A DNA stretch of 64,000 nucleotides from positions 2,522 through 66,521 of the forward strand of contig JAEUTH010000004.1 of the NCBI GenBank assembly GCA_016788165.1. The letters are read 5' to 3'. Source of the stretch: Bacteroidia bacterium (GTDB taxonomy: Bacteria > Bacteroidota > Bacteroidia > AKYH767-A > OLB10). The notes under the pieces were generated by a model. That model did no database searches. It had not been told where the DNA came from and saw nothing but the letters and a program-made list of their open reading frames with translations. Positions 26,759 through 36,375 of the stretch are shown here, one piece after another (positions within the stretch are counted from its first letter, which is position 1; each line of letters opens with the position of its first letter). The translations under genes were made by a program, and so were the position numbers.

Positions 26759-29497
26759 TTAATGGGCTATAGCCTGCAACTTATGTACAATTGTTTGTTG
26801 CAGCAATCTATCGGCATGAGTCATTATTTGCTTCAAGCGTAAATTATAGTGTGTTGTTTGATCTTTACTAAGTGTATAAACTGCAACTGCTTTTGTCCAG
26901 CTATTGAATGTATCTTCCGGGGCGTTCAGTATTTGTTTGATTACCGTTTGTGGTTGTAATTGAACGTGAAAATATTTTTGCATTTCGTTAAGTTTAGTTT
27001 CTATGCTAACATTATCAAACAATGCAATAAACTTTTGTGCATGACTTTTATTTAATGTTACATCAATTACCTCCATTGCATTGGCTATTACGTTAGGCTT
27101 ATCAATTACATAAGCATGCTTTACTCGTAATATATTTTCAGTGTTGTAAAAAAATGTAAACATATAAAGCAACTGCGATCGTACATCGTTAAGCTCAATG
27201 GTTAGTGCATTATGTAATAGTTTGTTTTGCTGCATTGCTACCTGCTGTATCTGAGAAATCAACATTGATGCAAATAAAAATTTGTTATCAATTATTTGCA
27301 AAAACTGCTTATCGGTTTGGGCTGATTTGTAACCTAATACGTATAATGAAAAAACGATGTCGTGCAATAATGGTGTTCGTTCATTTGCCAATGTTGTAAG
27401 TACCGGTACACTATAAGTATGGTTAGCTTTTGCAATAACGGCAATTAATTTTTTTTGCGTTGGTAGCGATAGTGTTTTGCTTGAAATAGCCTCGGCAATA
27501 AGTTTTACGGCAGCACCACCTTGCATACTTAAGCTTTTCATAACGGAGGCCGTGTACTTAGTTTGTTCGGATAAGCTAATAAGTTTGTGTACAATTTCGG
27601 CCCGGTGACAAACTCCCGCTGCATTTATAGCTAAAGCTAAAATTTCTTCATCGGTGCTTTGCAAGGCTTCCATAACTTCATTACTAAAATGTGTGTTGCC
27701 CGATTGTTGTACAATAGTTAATGCAGCTATTAAAGATTGCTTACCTTGAGTAAATAAAACATGCAACTGTTTATGTGCCTCATGTTGTAAAAGTTCATTA
27801 CCAAGCATGCCTTTTAAACTTGCAATTTGCCACTGCTGTTCTTTATGCCAGCTGAGTTGGGTTATGTTGTTCCTCGACAAAGCATAAATGGCTGTTATAC
27901 ATCGTTGCTTAAGGGCAATACTTTGGGTTGTTGCTGCAACTTGGCTTATATCAGCCAACAATTCGTGGGCATGCAAACGCTGGCTTAATTTAACCGCTTC
28001 AAACTGAACAGGCATCGCAGTATGATTTAATGCCTGTTTTAAAATTTTATACGTTGATGGCTGTAACTCCTTAATTAAACTTAAAATAACCAATGCATCA
28101 TTTTCGCTGCTTTGCGGCATGCGCTGCGTTAAAAACGATAGGGTTGTTGCATCATTGATGTTGGCGTCCTTATTATTTAAATACCTGTTGTGTACAGCAA
28201 TAATTAAAGCCTTTATGTATGCCTTATCTATTATTAAAATCCAACAAATAGAAAGAAACAACAAAGCTGTTAACAGGTAACATAGCAATTGCAAGTCAAC
28301 AAAATGTTCCAAATCTATCATCAGATATAAAAACACTCCGCAGAAAAAAAATGCAAACGGATCCATAATGCCTTTCAGTATGTTATGCGCCCTAAGGCGT
28401 ACATTTGCTTGCAATGGTTGCATTATTGCTAAAAAAACGGGAGTTTGTATTGCCGACCTTAATACATCGTTTAATATTGACAGAAGCCCAAAAACCAATA
28501 GTACTTTTAAAGTACCTACACCTGACAATTGCATTAAAAATACGGGTATAAACAACAGCGACAATAAAACAGGAGTTATTAGTAATGCCTTTGTAATACC
28601 TAAGTAATTAATAATCCGATTTGTAAAAAACAATTTAACCACAATAGCAACACCCCGGCTAAATGCCAGAAACCAACCAATATATGTAGCCAACATTGCA
28701 TTATTGGTGAGCCTGTTTTTTACTTCGGCATAAAACGTAAAATTAATTACAGTAAAAGTGCTCATTATTAAAAACGATAAAATAGCCATGTGAAAAACAA
28801 GGTTATTTTGGAAAAAGTTTTTTACTATTTGTTTTAAGCTCTCGCCAGGTACCGCTTTGTTGTTCCGGTGTGCATGCGCTACCACTACATTCAGATGGCC
28901 GTACTTGTTAAGCCGGTACCAGTATCGTAGTGATATCAATACTAATATGGCGCCTACTACCAATAAGTTTTGTGCACCTAAAAAAGGAACAATTATAACT
29001 GCCGATGAATAGCCGATAAATTTTGCTGGTATATCGCCTGCACTTATTAAACCAAACAGGCGTTTGCTTTGCCTAACATCAAAAAGCAAGGATGCAAGGC
29101 CCCAAAAATCTAAACTGTTTAAAAGGTATAGTACATTATACCAAACCAACATGGCAAAGTAAAACCAAACACTTCCGGTAAAAGGCAACATGGCCCTGAA
29201 TGCTAAAATGCTTAATGCAATAAATAAATTGATGTAGAGTATTAAATATTTAATTCGAAAGGCATGCTCCAACTTGCTATAAATAAAGCCGGTAATCCAT
29301 AACACAAAAGCCGAAGCTATAAGCACCTTAGGTAATTCGACAATTGAAAACTTTTGCAAAAACCAGCTAAACGCTGCCGTAAAAAACAAAGCAATGCCTG
29401 CGCCCGAAAAAAATTGCTGAAAAAACAATTGTCTTACTAACCACCATTCTGTTTGGCGTACTTGTAAAAGGTTAAGCAGTTTGGTTTTCGAAATCAC
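26759..29497 (-). CDS. TLC-family (Npt1/Npt2 ATP:ADP-antiporter-like) 12-TM transporter domain fused to a C-terminal HEAT/ARM-repeat domain
   Basis: 912 aa. The N-terminal half of about 430 aa is polytopic, with TLC-like motifs (DFWGLASLLF; RQSKRLFGLISAGDIPAKFIGY). Compare Rickettsia Tlc1 ELWG..LLFWQF and [27 protein letters not shown]. The C-terminal half of about 480 aa is all-helical HEAT-like repeats. Confidence 0.7.
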   Translation of the reverse strand: MISKTKLLNLLQVRQTEWWLVRQLFFQQFFSGAGIALFFTAAFSWFLQKFSIVELPKVLIASAFVLWITGFIYSKLEHAFRIKYLILYINLFIALSILAFRAMLPFTGSVWFYFAMLVWYNVLYLLNSLDFWGLASLLFDVRQSKRLFGLISAGDIPAKFIGYSSAVIIVPFLGAQNLLVVGAILVLISLRYWYRLNKYGHLNVVVAHAHRNNKAVPGESLKQIVKNFFQNNLVFHMAILSFLIMSTFTVINFTFYAEVKNRLTNNAMLATYIGWFLAFSRGVAIVVKLFFTNRIINYLGITKALLITPVLLSLLFIPVFLMQLSGVGTLKVLLVFGLLSILNDVLRSAIQTPVFLAIMQPLQANVRLRAHNILKGIMDPFAFFFCGVFLYLMIDLEHFVDLQLLCYLLTALLFLSICWILIIDKAYIKALIIAVHNRYLNNKDANINDATTLSFLTQRMPQSSENDALVILSLIKELQPSTYKILKQALNHTAMPVQFEAVKLSQRLHAHELLADISQVAATTQSIALKQRCITAIYALSRNNITQLSWHKEQQWQIASLKGMLGNELLQHEAHKQLHVLFTQGKQSLIAALTIVQQSGNTHFSNEVMEALQSTDEEILALAINAAGVCHRAEIVHKLISLSEQTKYTASVMKSLSMQGGAAVKLIAEAISSKTLSLPTQKKLIAVIAKANHTYSVPVLTTLANERTPLLHDIVFSLYVLGYKSAQTDKQFLQIIDNKFLFASMLISQIQQVAMQQNKLLHNALTIELNDVRSQLLYMFTFFYNTENILRVKHAYVIDKPNVIANAMEVIDVTLNKSHAQKFIALFDNVSIETKLNEMQKYFHVQLQPQTVIKQILNAPEDTFNSWTKAVAVYTLSKDQTTHYNLRLKQIMTHADRLLQQTIVHKLQAIAH

Positions 29498-29586
29498 AAG
29501 TTTTTATACAAAAAATTTTATTGTAACGGGGGCTAATGTAGCACATTTGAAATGGTAGCACGGCCTTAATCCAATATAGGTGTTTA

Positions 29587-29623
29587 TAAAAAAAAATGCT
29601 GTTGCTTTTGGCAACAGCATTTT
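29587..29623 (-). terminator. intrinsic terminator downstream of the T9SS protease gene
   Basis: 10-bp stem ATGCTGTTGC / GCAACAGCAT. Preceded on the + strand by A9, which gives a U-tract on the - strand transcript. Confidence 0.7.
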
Positions 29624-29642
29624 ACAAGCAGGTTTAAGGGTT

Positions 29643-31409
29643 TTAAATTTTGGTGATTTTTTTGGTGGCCAATTTTTCACCGGTTTTTATTTGCATATAA
29701 TAAACTCCGGTACGTAAATCGCTTAAATCAGCGTCAACACGTAACTTACCAGGTTGCATAAAATTATTACGCAACACCACTTTTTCTAATTGTCCAACAG
29801 CATTGTAAATGTATATTTCTACATCGCTTGCGGCTTCAATACTAAACTCAACTATACATGAGTTTAATACCGGATTAGGCGACACTTTAATATCATCTGT
29901 CATACTATTATGGTCAACTGTATTGCGAACAGCAAGTTCAGCTGTACTGCCACCATTTGCAACAGGAGGAGCCGATGGCCCGATAACAGCCATACCTGAT
30001 GTTGCACGTAGCGTTAATGCCTTGCTGGTGATAACAGTTTCAGTATAACTACCTTCGGCAATATCAACTACGTTACCGGCAGTAACGCCTGTAATACCTG
30101 CATTAACAGTTTTGTAAGGCCTGAAAACCGTGCCGGTTGCTGCAAAGCCGGATGGGTGGTTTTCATCAACAAAAGTTACACCGGTTGTTTTATTTACGAT
30201 ACCGGTTTCTGTATCATCGGCTTCGAAACTGCAACCCTGATTAGCTCCGGGCGATGCTGATGTATTACAACCTGCATTGGTATGTATGCCGCATGAATTG
30301 CGTGTGCCGTTTAATGCAACCGGACTGCCTGAGTTACCGCCTTCGGTATCAACCGTATATTGTAACGATACTCTTACTGCTGATGTATTTACTTCTGTAA
30401 CAAATGGGCCTGTATGTGTTTGTTCCGTTTGGTTTTGTGCATTACGGCCACCCGATGAACCCAGCGGAACCTGATCAACTCCATAACCTGTTATACGCGT
30501 AGTTGCAGGTAAATTATCGTGTGTAACCCTAAAAAACTTATTATCAGTAAAACTATTTTTAGTGTCATACGAATCGAATGCGGTTTTGCCGGTATTAGAA
30601 TTAACACCTACATTAAATACACACCAATCGTCACCAATAGTTACGTTTTGAAATACAATACTTGCATCGTTTACCGGATATTGATCAACAACTGCAGCAG
30701 CTACAGTAGTACCGTTTGATAATGATGCAGGTACATTAAATTCTAAAATATTTAAACTTGCTGGTGCATCACAACAGTGGCCGGCCGATACATAAGTTCC
30801 ATTTGTAATCAACCAACCTGTACAACCTAATGGCATCATACGTCCAATTGCCTGATCACTTAATGCGGTTCGATCATCATTGGGTCCGCATTGCGATTCG
30901 GGCACGGCTTGCACACCATTACTTAAATCATCGGCAACAATAAGTTTGTAAATATGAAAACCAATTTCTTTTTCATTAGGTGCAACGTGCAGTTGTATGG
31001 TTACCATGCCACCATTAAACATGGCGGAATGATTACCCCATTCGGCTAACGATTTTGCCGTAAACATTTGTACATCGCCATCGGCACCGGAAGTTATAGT
31101 GAAATAACTGTTAGTACCCATATTTACTTCATCAAAACGTAATTGAAACCAGGCAGCCGGAGCACCTGTATAAATTGCTTTTGATGTTACTACAAACTGG
31201 CTTTCATCAAATGTTTGAACAAAGCCCGGATCGGGATTAGCTATTTTTAAATCGGGCACATAGTTGCCACTTAGTGGTCCAAGTGTTTCATCAATCATTT
31301 CGATATGATGTGGCACAACATCTTGTGCTTTTACCTGGAGCGTAATTGCCAAACTAAATGCTAACAGCCATGACCCTAATTTTTTAGTGTTGTTCATGGT
31401 TGCTTTCAT
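29643..31409 (-). CDS. T9SS C-terminal-domain-containing trypsin-like (S1) serine peptidase
   Basis: Signal peptide. S1 His motif (TNGTYVSAGHCC) and Ser motif (GGNSGSPV). C-terminal type-A T9SS sorting domain of about 80 aa (KVSPNPVLNSCIVEF...GVYYMQIKT...KITKI). A nested ATG at 31397 is an alternative start. Confidence 0.75.
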   Translation of the reverse strand: MKATMNNTKKLGSWLLAFSLAITLQVKAQDVVPHHIEMIDETLGPLSGNYVPDLKIANPDPGFVQTFDESQFVVTSKAIYTGAPAAWFQLRFDEVNMGTNSYFTITSGADGDVQMFTAKSLAEWGNHSAMFNGGMVTIQLHVAPNEKEIGFHIYKLIVADDLSNGVQAVPESQCGPNDDRTALSDQAIGRMMPLGCTGWLITNGTYVSAGHCCDAPASLNILEFNVPASLSNGTTVAAAVVDQYPVNDASIVFQNVTIGDDWCVFNVGVNSNTGKTAFDSYDTKNSFTDNKFFRVTHDNLPATTRITGYGVDQVPLGSSGGRNAQNQTEQTHTGPFVTEVNTSAVRVSLQYTVDTEGGNSGSPVALNGTRNSCGIHTNAGCNTSASPGANQGCSFEADDTETGIVNKTTGVTFVDENHPSGFAATGTVFRPYKTVNAGITGVTAGNVVDIAEGSYTETVITSKALTLRATSGMAVIGPSAPPVANGGSTAELAVRNTVDHNSMTDDIKVSPNPVLNSCIVEFSIEAASDVEIYIYNAVGQLEKVVLRNNFMQPGKLRVDADLSDLRTGVYYMQIKTGEKLATKKITKI

Positions 31410-32857
31410 TATTTTTTAAGATTATTAATTTGTTGTTGCAATTTTTCGTTTGATGCTTTTAAAGCTTTCAATTCTTCGTTTTGTTTAATTGCATAAAGTG
31501 TTAGCTCTTCAATTTTTTCCATCATGGCTTTACTCATGGCAGCAACATGTAAACCCTCGTTTTCTACTACAGTGGCTTTTTCAATGCCGGGTAAATGTTT
31601 GTTAATCTTTATGAAATCAGATACTTCTTCTAATGATTTTAAACGATAATCATCAGCAAAAACATAATCGCACCAGCCTGTTTCTAAGCGCAACTCAGTG
31701 GCTCTAACGGTACCGCATACCGATAGCTTATAAGTGCCACTTGCGGCAACTCCCATACCTATGTTACCACTGCTTAAACTCATACTCATAAAAAGGTTAT
31801 TAACTGTGGCAAATTCATCGGTACTGCCCCTATACTCAAGTATGCCAAAATTATTTACCAGATTAAAGTCAAACGATCCGGTTCCTACTCGGTTTAACTT
31901 TAACCCAACACTGCCGCCACCAACACCAGATATAGTCATGTTATTACCGCTACCGCTATTTATAAACTGGGTTCCTCCTGCATTATCCAATGTAAAGTTA
32001 GATGCTGTAACTGCTAAATTGCTGGCTACGCCATTATTTAATGCACGTATCGAAACACTATCAGTTGCAATATTACGGCTGCTTGCAGTACCAATAGTAG
32101 CTTGGTCGCGCAACATTAAATTACGCCATCTTGCCCCACTATTTCCTAGATTATTTAATCCATCAGTTACCGACACAAAATCCGAATTACAACCCATAGT
32201 AAATCCACCTTCATCCGTTAAAGTTTCAATTGTGCCTATCCTTATTGCACCTGATACATTTAAATTACCATTTACATTTAACACAGTATCAACTGTGGTT
32301 ACACCACCACTTGCATTAACGTTGCCCAAAACATGTAAGCGCGCTGTGGGTGCATTGGTACCAATACCCACAAAGTTATCAGCAGCATTTATCGAAATAC
32401 TTGCAGCTCCTAATGCAATGTTTCTGATTGCAAAATTATTGGTACCTAAGGTACCCGTTTGCCATGTGGGGCTACCACCGGTACGGTAACTAACCGAAGA
32501 TGTAGCTGCTGCATTACCACGGTCAATGATTAAATTGGCCGTACCGCCTGTTGACTTAAATGAAGCCGAGGCATTGCCTGCCGATTGCACATCTAATAAA
32601 AAGGTGGGCGCTGTTGTTCCAATACCAAGTAAACCGCCATTTGTAAGTGTCATGCGGCTTAAGTTGTTTGTAATAAAGTTAACACCAACGTTGGTGGTAG
32701 TTCCAAAGTTACCGTTGGCTCCTAAGGCATTACCGCCTACCAACCATTGTGCTTGTGCTGTACCGGCAGTACAAAGCAATGCACCTACTGCTAAATGAGT
32801 GATTGTTTTTTTCATTGTTTTTTGGTTTTGTTGTTTATGATAAATTTCAATTTGCAC
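31409..32857 (-). CDS. secreted Gly/Asn/Thr-rich beta-helix-like protein with C-terminal tail-fiber (peptidase S74 intramolecular-chaperone-like) domain and coiled coil
   Basis: Signal peptide (AGTAQAQ). Repetitive G/N/T/S-rich body typical of beta-helical fibre proteins. C-terminal DDYRLKSLEEVSDFIKINKHLPGI... plus a heptad coiled coil. The antisense Pro-rich + ORFs are spurious. Confidence 0.6.
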   Translation of the reverse strand: MQIEIYHKQQNQKTMKKTITHLAVGALLCTAGTAQAQWLVGGNALGANGNFGTTTNVGVNFITNNLSRMTLTNGGLLGIGTTAPTFLLDVQSAGNASASFKSTGGTANLIIDRGNAAATSSVSYRTGGSPTWQTGTLGTNNFAIRNIALGAASISINAADNFVGIGTNAPTARLHVLGNVNASGGVTTVDTVLNVNGNLNVSGAIRIGTIETLTDEGGFTMGCNSDFVSVTDGLNNLGNSGARWRNLMLRDQATIGTASSRNIATDSVSIRALNNGVASNLAVTASNFTLDNAGGTQFINSGSGNNMTISGVGGGSVGLKLNRVGTGSFDFNLVNNFGILEYRGSTDEFATVNNLFMSMSLSSGNIGMGVAASGTYKLSVCGTVRATELRLETGWCDYVFADDYRLKSLEEVSDFIKINKHLPGIEKATVVENEGLHVAAMSKAMMEKIEELTLYAIKQNEELKALKASNEKLQQQINNLKK

Positions 32858-33130
32858 AAAACTAAAAGATGGATTTAAATTGTTCTTACTAAGCCGTTAT
32901 AACCTTTGTTACATTTAAACAAGTAACCATTGGGTTAATAAAATTACCTGACGTATATTAAAACATACTTTTACATTATGCTAAATCACTTAGTCAACTA
33001 CAATACTTTCAATATTAAGTATTGACCAGCTTATTGTAAAGATTACATTTGTTGCCACCGTAATAAGTGTACAAACTACACTTACACCATGCGCATTGAA
33101 TAACCCATTTTGATTGAACCTAATTCTTAT

Positions 33131-34126
33131 ATGTCGAAAACAAAATTTACAAAAGAAACCTACCTGATGTGGTATGAACAAATGCTGCTTATGCGCAGAT
33201 TTGAAGAGCGTGCCGGGCAACTTTATGGTATGCAAAAAATAAAAGGTTTTTGCCATTTGTATATCGGCCAGGAAGCATTAATGGCTGGCGCAATGAGCGT
33301 ATTAAGGCCCGAAGACCCAATGATTACTGCCTATCGCGATCATGCACATGCATTGGCAAAAGGTGTTAGCGCCCGTGCCGTTATGGCCGAACTTTTTGCT
33401 AAAGCAACCGGTTGCAGTAAAGGCAAAGGTGGTAGCATGCATTTATTTAGTAAGGAACATCATTTTTATGGTGGCCATGGTATAGTGGGCGGTCAAATAC
33501 CATTAGGTGCAGGTATTGCTTTTGCCGAAAAATATAAGGGTACTGATAATGTTTGTGTTTGTTATATGGGCGATGGTGCCACACGACAAGGCGCTTTACA
33601 CGAAGCATTTAATATGGCCATGACTTGGAAACTACCCGTTGTTTTTATAATTGAAAACAACAATTACGCAATGGGTACATCGGTTGAACGTACAAGTAAT
33701 GTTACAGAACTTTGGAAATTGGGTTTGGCTTACGATATGCCCAGCCAACCAGTTGATGGCATGACTTGCGAAGATGTACACGAAGCCATGGATAAAGCTG
33801 TAAAACATGCACGTGCAGGAAATGGCCCATCTTTGTTAGAAATAAATACCTATCGCTATAAAGGACATAGCATGAGCGACCCGGCAAAGTACCGCACCAA
33901 AGAAGAAGTTGAACGTTATAAAGCCGAAGACCCAATTGAAAAAGTTTTGAAAACACTATTGGATAAAAAATATGCTACCCAAGCCGACATTGATGTAATT
34001 ATTAAACGCGTAAACGATGTGGTTGAGGATAGTGTAACTTTTGCCGAAGAGTCGCCATACCCCGATCCTTCAGAACTTTACAAAGATGTTTATGTACAGG
34101 ATGACTATCCTTACATTATGGACTAA
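33131..34126 (+). CDS. pdhA: pyruvate dehydrogenase (acetyl-transferring) E1 component subunit alpha
   Basis: TPP-binding motif YMGDGATRQGALHEAFNMA and the phosphorylation-loop region YRYKGHSMSDP. The ORF is open from 33110. Confidence 0.85.
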   Translation: MSKTKFTKETYLMWYEQMLLMRRFEERAGQLYGMQKIKGFCHLYIGQEALMAGAMSVLRPEDPMITAYRDHAHALAKGVSARAVMAELFAKATGCSKGKGGSMHLFSKEHHFYGGHGIVGGQIPLGAGIAFAEKYKGTDNVCVCYMGDGATRQGALHEAFNMAMTWKLPVVFIIENNNYAMGTSVERTSNVTELWKLGLAYDMPSQPVDGMTCEDVHEAMDKAVKHARAGNGPSLLEINTYRYKGHSMSDPAKYRTKEEVERYKAEDPIEKVLKTLLDKKYATQADIDVIIKRVNDVVEDSVTFAEESPYPDPSELYKDVYVQDDYPYIMD

Positions 34127-34160
34127 TTATTAAATAAAAATTTTTATCAACTTTTAAAAT

Positions 34161-35447
34161 ATGGCCGAAATTGTACGAATGCCTAAAATGAGCGATACCA
34201 TGACAGAAGGTGTGGTAGCTAAATGGCATAAAAAAGTGGGAGATGTTATAAAGTCGGGCGACCTGGTTGCCGAAATAGAAACCGATAAAGCAACCATGGA
34301 GTTTGAATCATATCAAACAGGTGTGCTTTTATATAGAGGTGTTGAAGAAGGTAAAGCCGCATCCGTAAATGGCATATTAGCAATATTAGGTAATGCAGGC
34401 GAATCGTTTGACGAATTGTTAGCTGCAGAAAAAACCAATGCAATATCTGAAACACAAATTATAACAAAAGAACCCGAACCTGCTAAAGCACCACCAACCA
34501 GCGAAGCTGCACCTATTGCACCTAAGCCTATTGCTACACCAGCAATTAAGACTACAATAAATCTTACAGGCAGTTCGGATGACGGAAGAATTAAGGCATC
34601 ACCTTTGGCAAAAAAATTAGCAGCCGATAAAGGTTTAGACGTACGCCTACTAAAAGGTAGTGGCGACAATGGCCGCGTAATCAAACGGGATATTGAATGG
34701 TACAAACCGGGCAATATGGTTGAAACCAATTATTACACACAAGCTGTTACAAGCGAAAGTGCCGAAGATGTGCCGGTATCACAAATGCGCAAAACAATAG
34801 CCAAACGTTTAAGCGAAAGCAAATTTACTGCCCCACACTTTTACCTAACCATGGATGTTGATATGGAAGCAGCCATGCAAGCACGTGAAAGCATAAATAG
34901 TATAACCGGCAAAAAAATATCGTTTAACGACCTGGTTATTAAAGCTACTGCAGCATCATTGCGCCAACATCCCAAAGTAAATGCATCATGGTATAATGAT
35001 TTTATCAGGTACAATAATCACATACACATTGGAGTAGCTGTTGCTGTTGACGAAGGCCTTTTAGTACCTGTGGTTCGTTTTGCCGACAGTAAAAAATTAA
35101 GTCAAATAAATTCAGAAGTAAAGGATTTTGCACAACGTGCTAAGGATAAAAAATTACAACCTGCCGATTGGGAAGGCAATACCTTTACCATTAGTAATTT
35201 GGGCATGTTTGATATTGAAGAATTTACAGCCATAATTAATCCACCCGATGCCTGTATACTGGCAGTTGGCGCCATAAAAAATATACCTGTTGTAAAAAAC
35301 GGATCTGTTGTTGCAGGCCATGTAATGCGTTTAACGCTTAGCTGCGATCACCGTGTGGTTGATGGTGTTGTTGGCTCCAGGTTTTTACAAACACTTAAAG
35401 GGTTACTTGAAAACCCGGTTATACTTTTGGGACAAAGTTCCATCTGA
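34161..35447 (+). CDS. pyruvate dehydrogenase complex dihydrolipoamide acetyltransferase (E2)
   Basis: Lipoyl domain (ETDKATME), Ala/Pro linkers, an E3/E1-binding domain and a catalytic domain with DHRVVDG. Confidence 0.85.
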   Translation: MAEIVRMPKMSDTMTEGVVAKWHKKVGDVIKSGDLVAEIETDKATMEFESYQTGVLLYRGVEEGKAASVNGILAILGNAGESFDELLAAEKTNAISETQIITKEPEPAKAPPTSEAAPIAPKPIATPAIKTTINLTGSSDDGRIKASPLAKKLAADKGLDVRLLKGSGDNGRVIKRDIEWYKPGNMVETNYYTQAVTSESAEDVPVSQMRKTIAKRLSESKFTAPHFYLTMDVDMEAAMQARESINSITGKKISFNDLVIKATAASLRQHPKVNASWYNDFIRYNNHIHIGVAVAVDEGLLVPVVRFADSKKLSQINSEVKDFAQRAKDKKLQPADWEGNTFTISNLGMFDIEEFTAIINPPDACILAVGAIKNIPVVKNGSVVAGHVMRLTLSCDHRVVDGVVGSRFLQTLKGLLENPVILLGQSSI

Positions 35448-35509
35448 TGAAATAAAATCTTTTCTCCAAATAACACTTTTCAAAAATTATTTAATCCTCT
35501 CAAAAAATC

Positions 35510-36328
35510 ATGAAAGAACTAAATCAACTCACAACTTATGGCGACCGTTTTATGGTTTGGCTTAACAATTTTGGACCTAAACTTTTAGGCGCTTTAATAG
35601 TTTTTGTAATCGGTATTTATGTTACCAATTTTATTACACGTATGTTTTCGCGCACCTTGTCAAACAAGGGCATTGAGGTTTCGCTGCAATCGTTTTTGGC
35701 AAGTTTGGTAAGTGGTGGTTTAAAAGTGCTTTTGCTAATTACGGTTGCCGGCATGTTGGGTTTACAAACCACATCATTTGTTGCTGTTATAGGTGCATTG
35801 GGCTTGGCCGTAGGTTTAGCGTTGCAAGGTTCGCTATCGAATTTTGCCGGTGGCGTTCTAATTTTAGTTTTTAAACCCTTTAAAGTAGGCGACTTAATTG
35901 AAAGCAACGGACAAACCGGCCATGTGCAGGAAATTCAGATTTTTAATACCATACTGCTTACACCTGAAAACAAAACCGTTATACTGGCTAATGGTGCCGT
36001 ATCAAACGGTACCATAGTTAATTACAGTAAACACGGTAATATGCGCGTTGATTTAACTTTAGCCGTTACTACTGATGCTAACCTAACCCATGTACGCAAA
36101 GTTGCATTAGATACCATGGCTGCAAATGACAAAGTTTTAAAAACACCTGAAGCCAGTGTAAATGTTTTAAAAATTGGTGACGGCATGATTACTTTGGCTA
36201 TCCGACCTTTTTGTACGCCTGAAAATTATTGGGACGTTTTTTTTAGTGTGCAGGAAGATCTTAAAACCGCATTTGAAAACAATAATATTGCAGGCCCTAC
36301 ACCTACCCGCATTATTATAAACAAATAG
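35510..36328 (+). CDS. mechanosensitive ion channel, MscS family
   Basis: 3 TM helices plus the MscS beta-domain (KPFKVGDLIESNGQTGHVQEIQIFNTILLTPENKTVILANG). Confidence 0.8.
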   Translation: MKELNQLTTYGDRFMVWLNNFGPKLLGALIVFVIGIYVTNFITRMFSRTLSNKGIEVSLQSFLASLVSGGLKVLLLITVAGMLGLQTTSFVAVIGALGLAVGLALQGSLSNFAGGVLILVFKPFKVGDLIESNGQTGHVQEIQIFNTILLTPENKTVILANGAVSNGTIVNYSKHGNMRVDLTLAVTTDANLTHVRKVALDTMAANDKVLKTPEASVNVLKIGDGMITLAIRPFCTPENYWDVFFSVQEDLKTAFENNNIAGPTPTRIIINK

Positions 36329-36330
36329 AA

Positions 36331-36358
36331 AAGAGCTGCAAAATGCAGCTCTTTTAAT
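36331..36358. terminator. bidirectional intrinsic terminator (mscS / ade convergent pair)
   Basis: Stem AAGAGCTGCA / TGCAGCTCTT with a short loop, followed by TTTAATTT. Confidence 0.65.
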
Positions 36359-36375
36359 TTCAATCCATTTTAATT

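Noticed and set aside
31734-32798. Long + strand ORFs (251 aa and 90 aa), Pro/Leu-rich
   Set aside because: They are antisense to the Gly/Asn/Thr-rich tail-fibre-domain gene. The Pro-rich translation is the usual mirror artefact of GGN/AAY-rich coding on the other strand.
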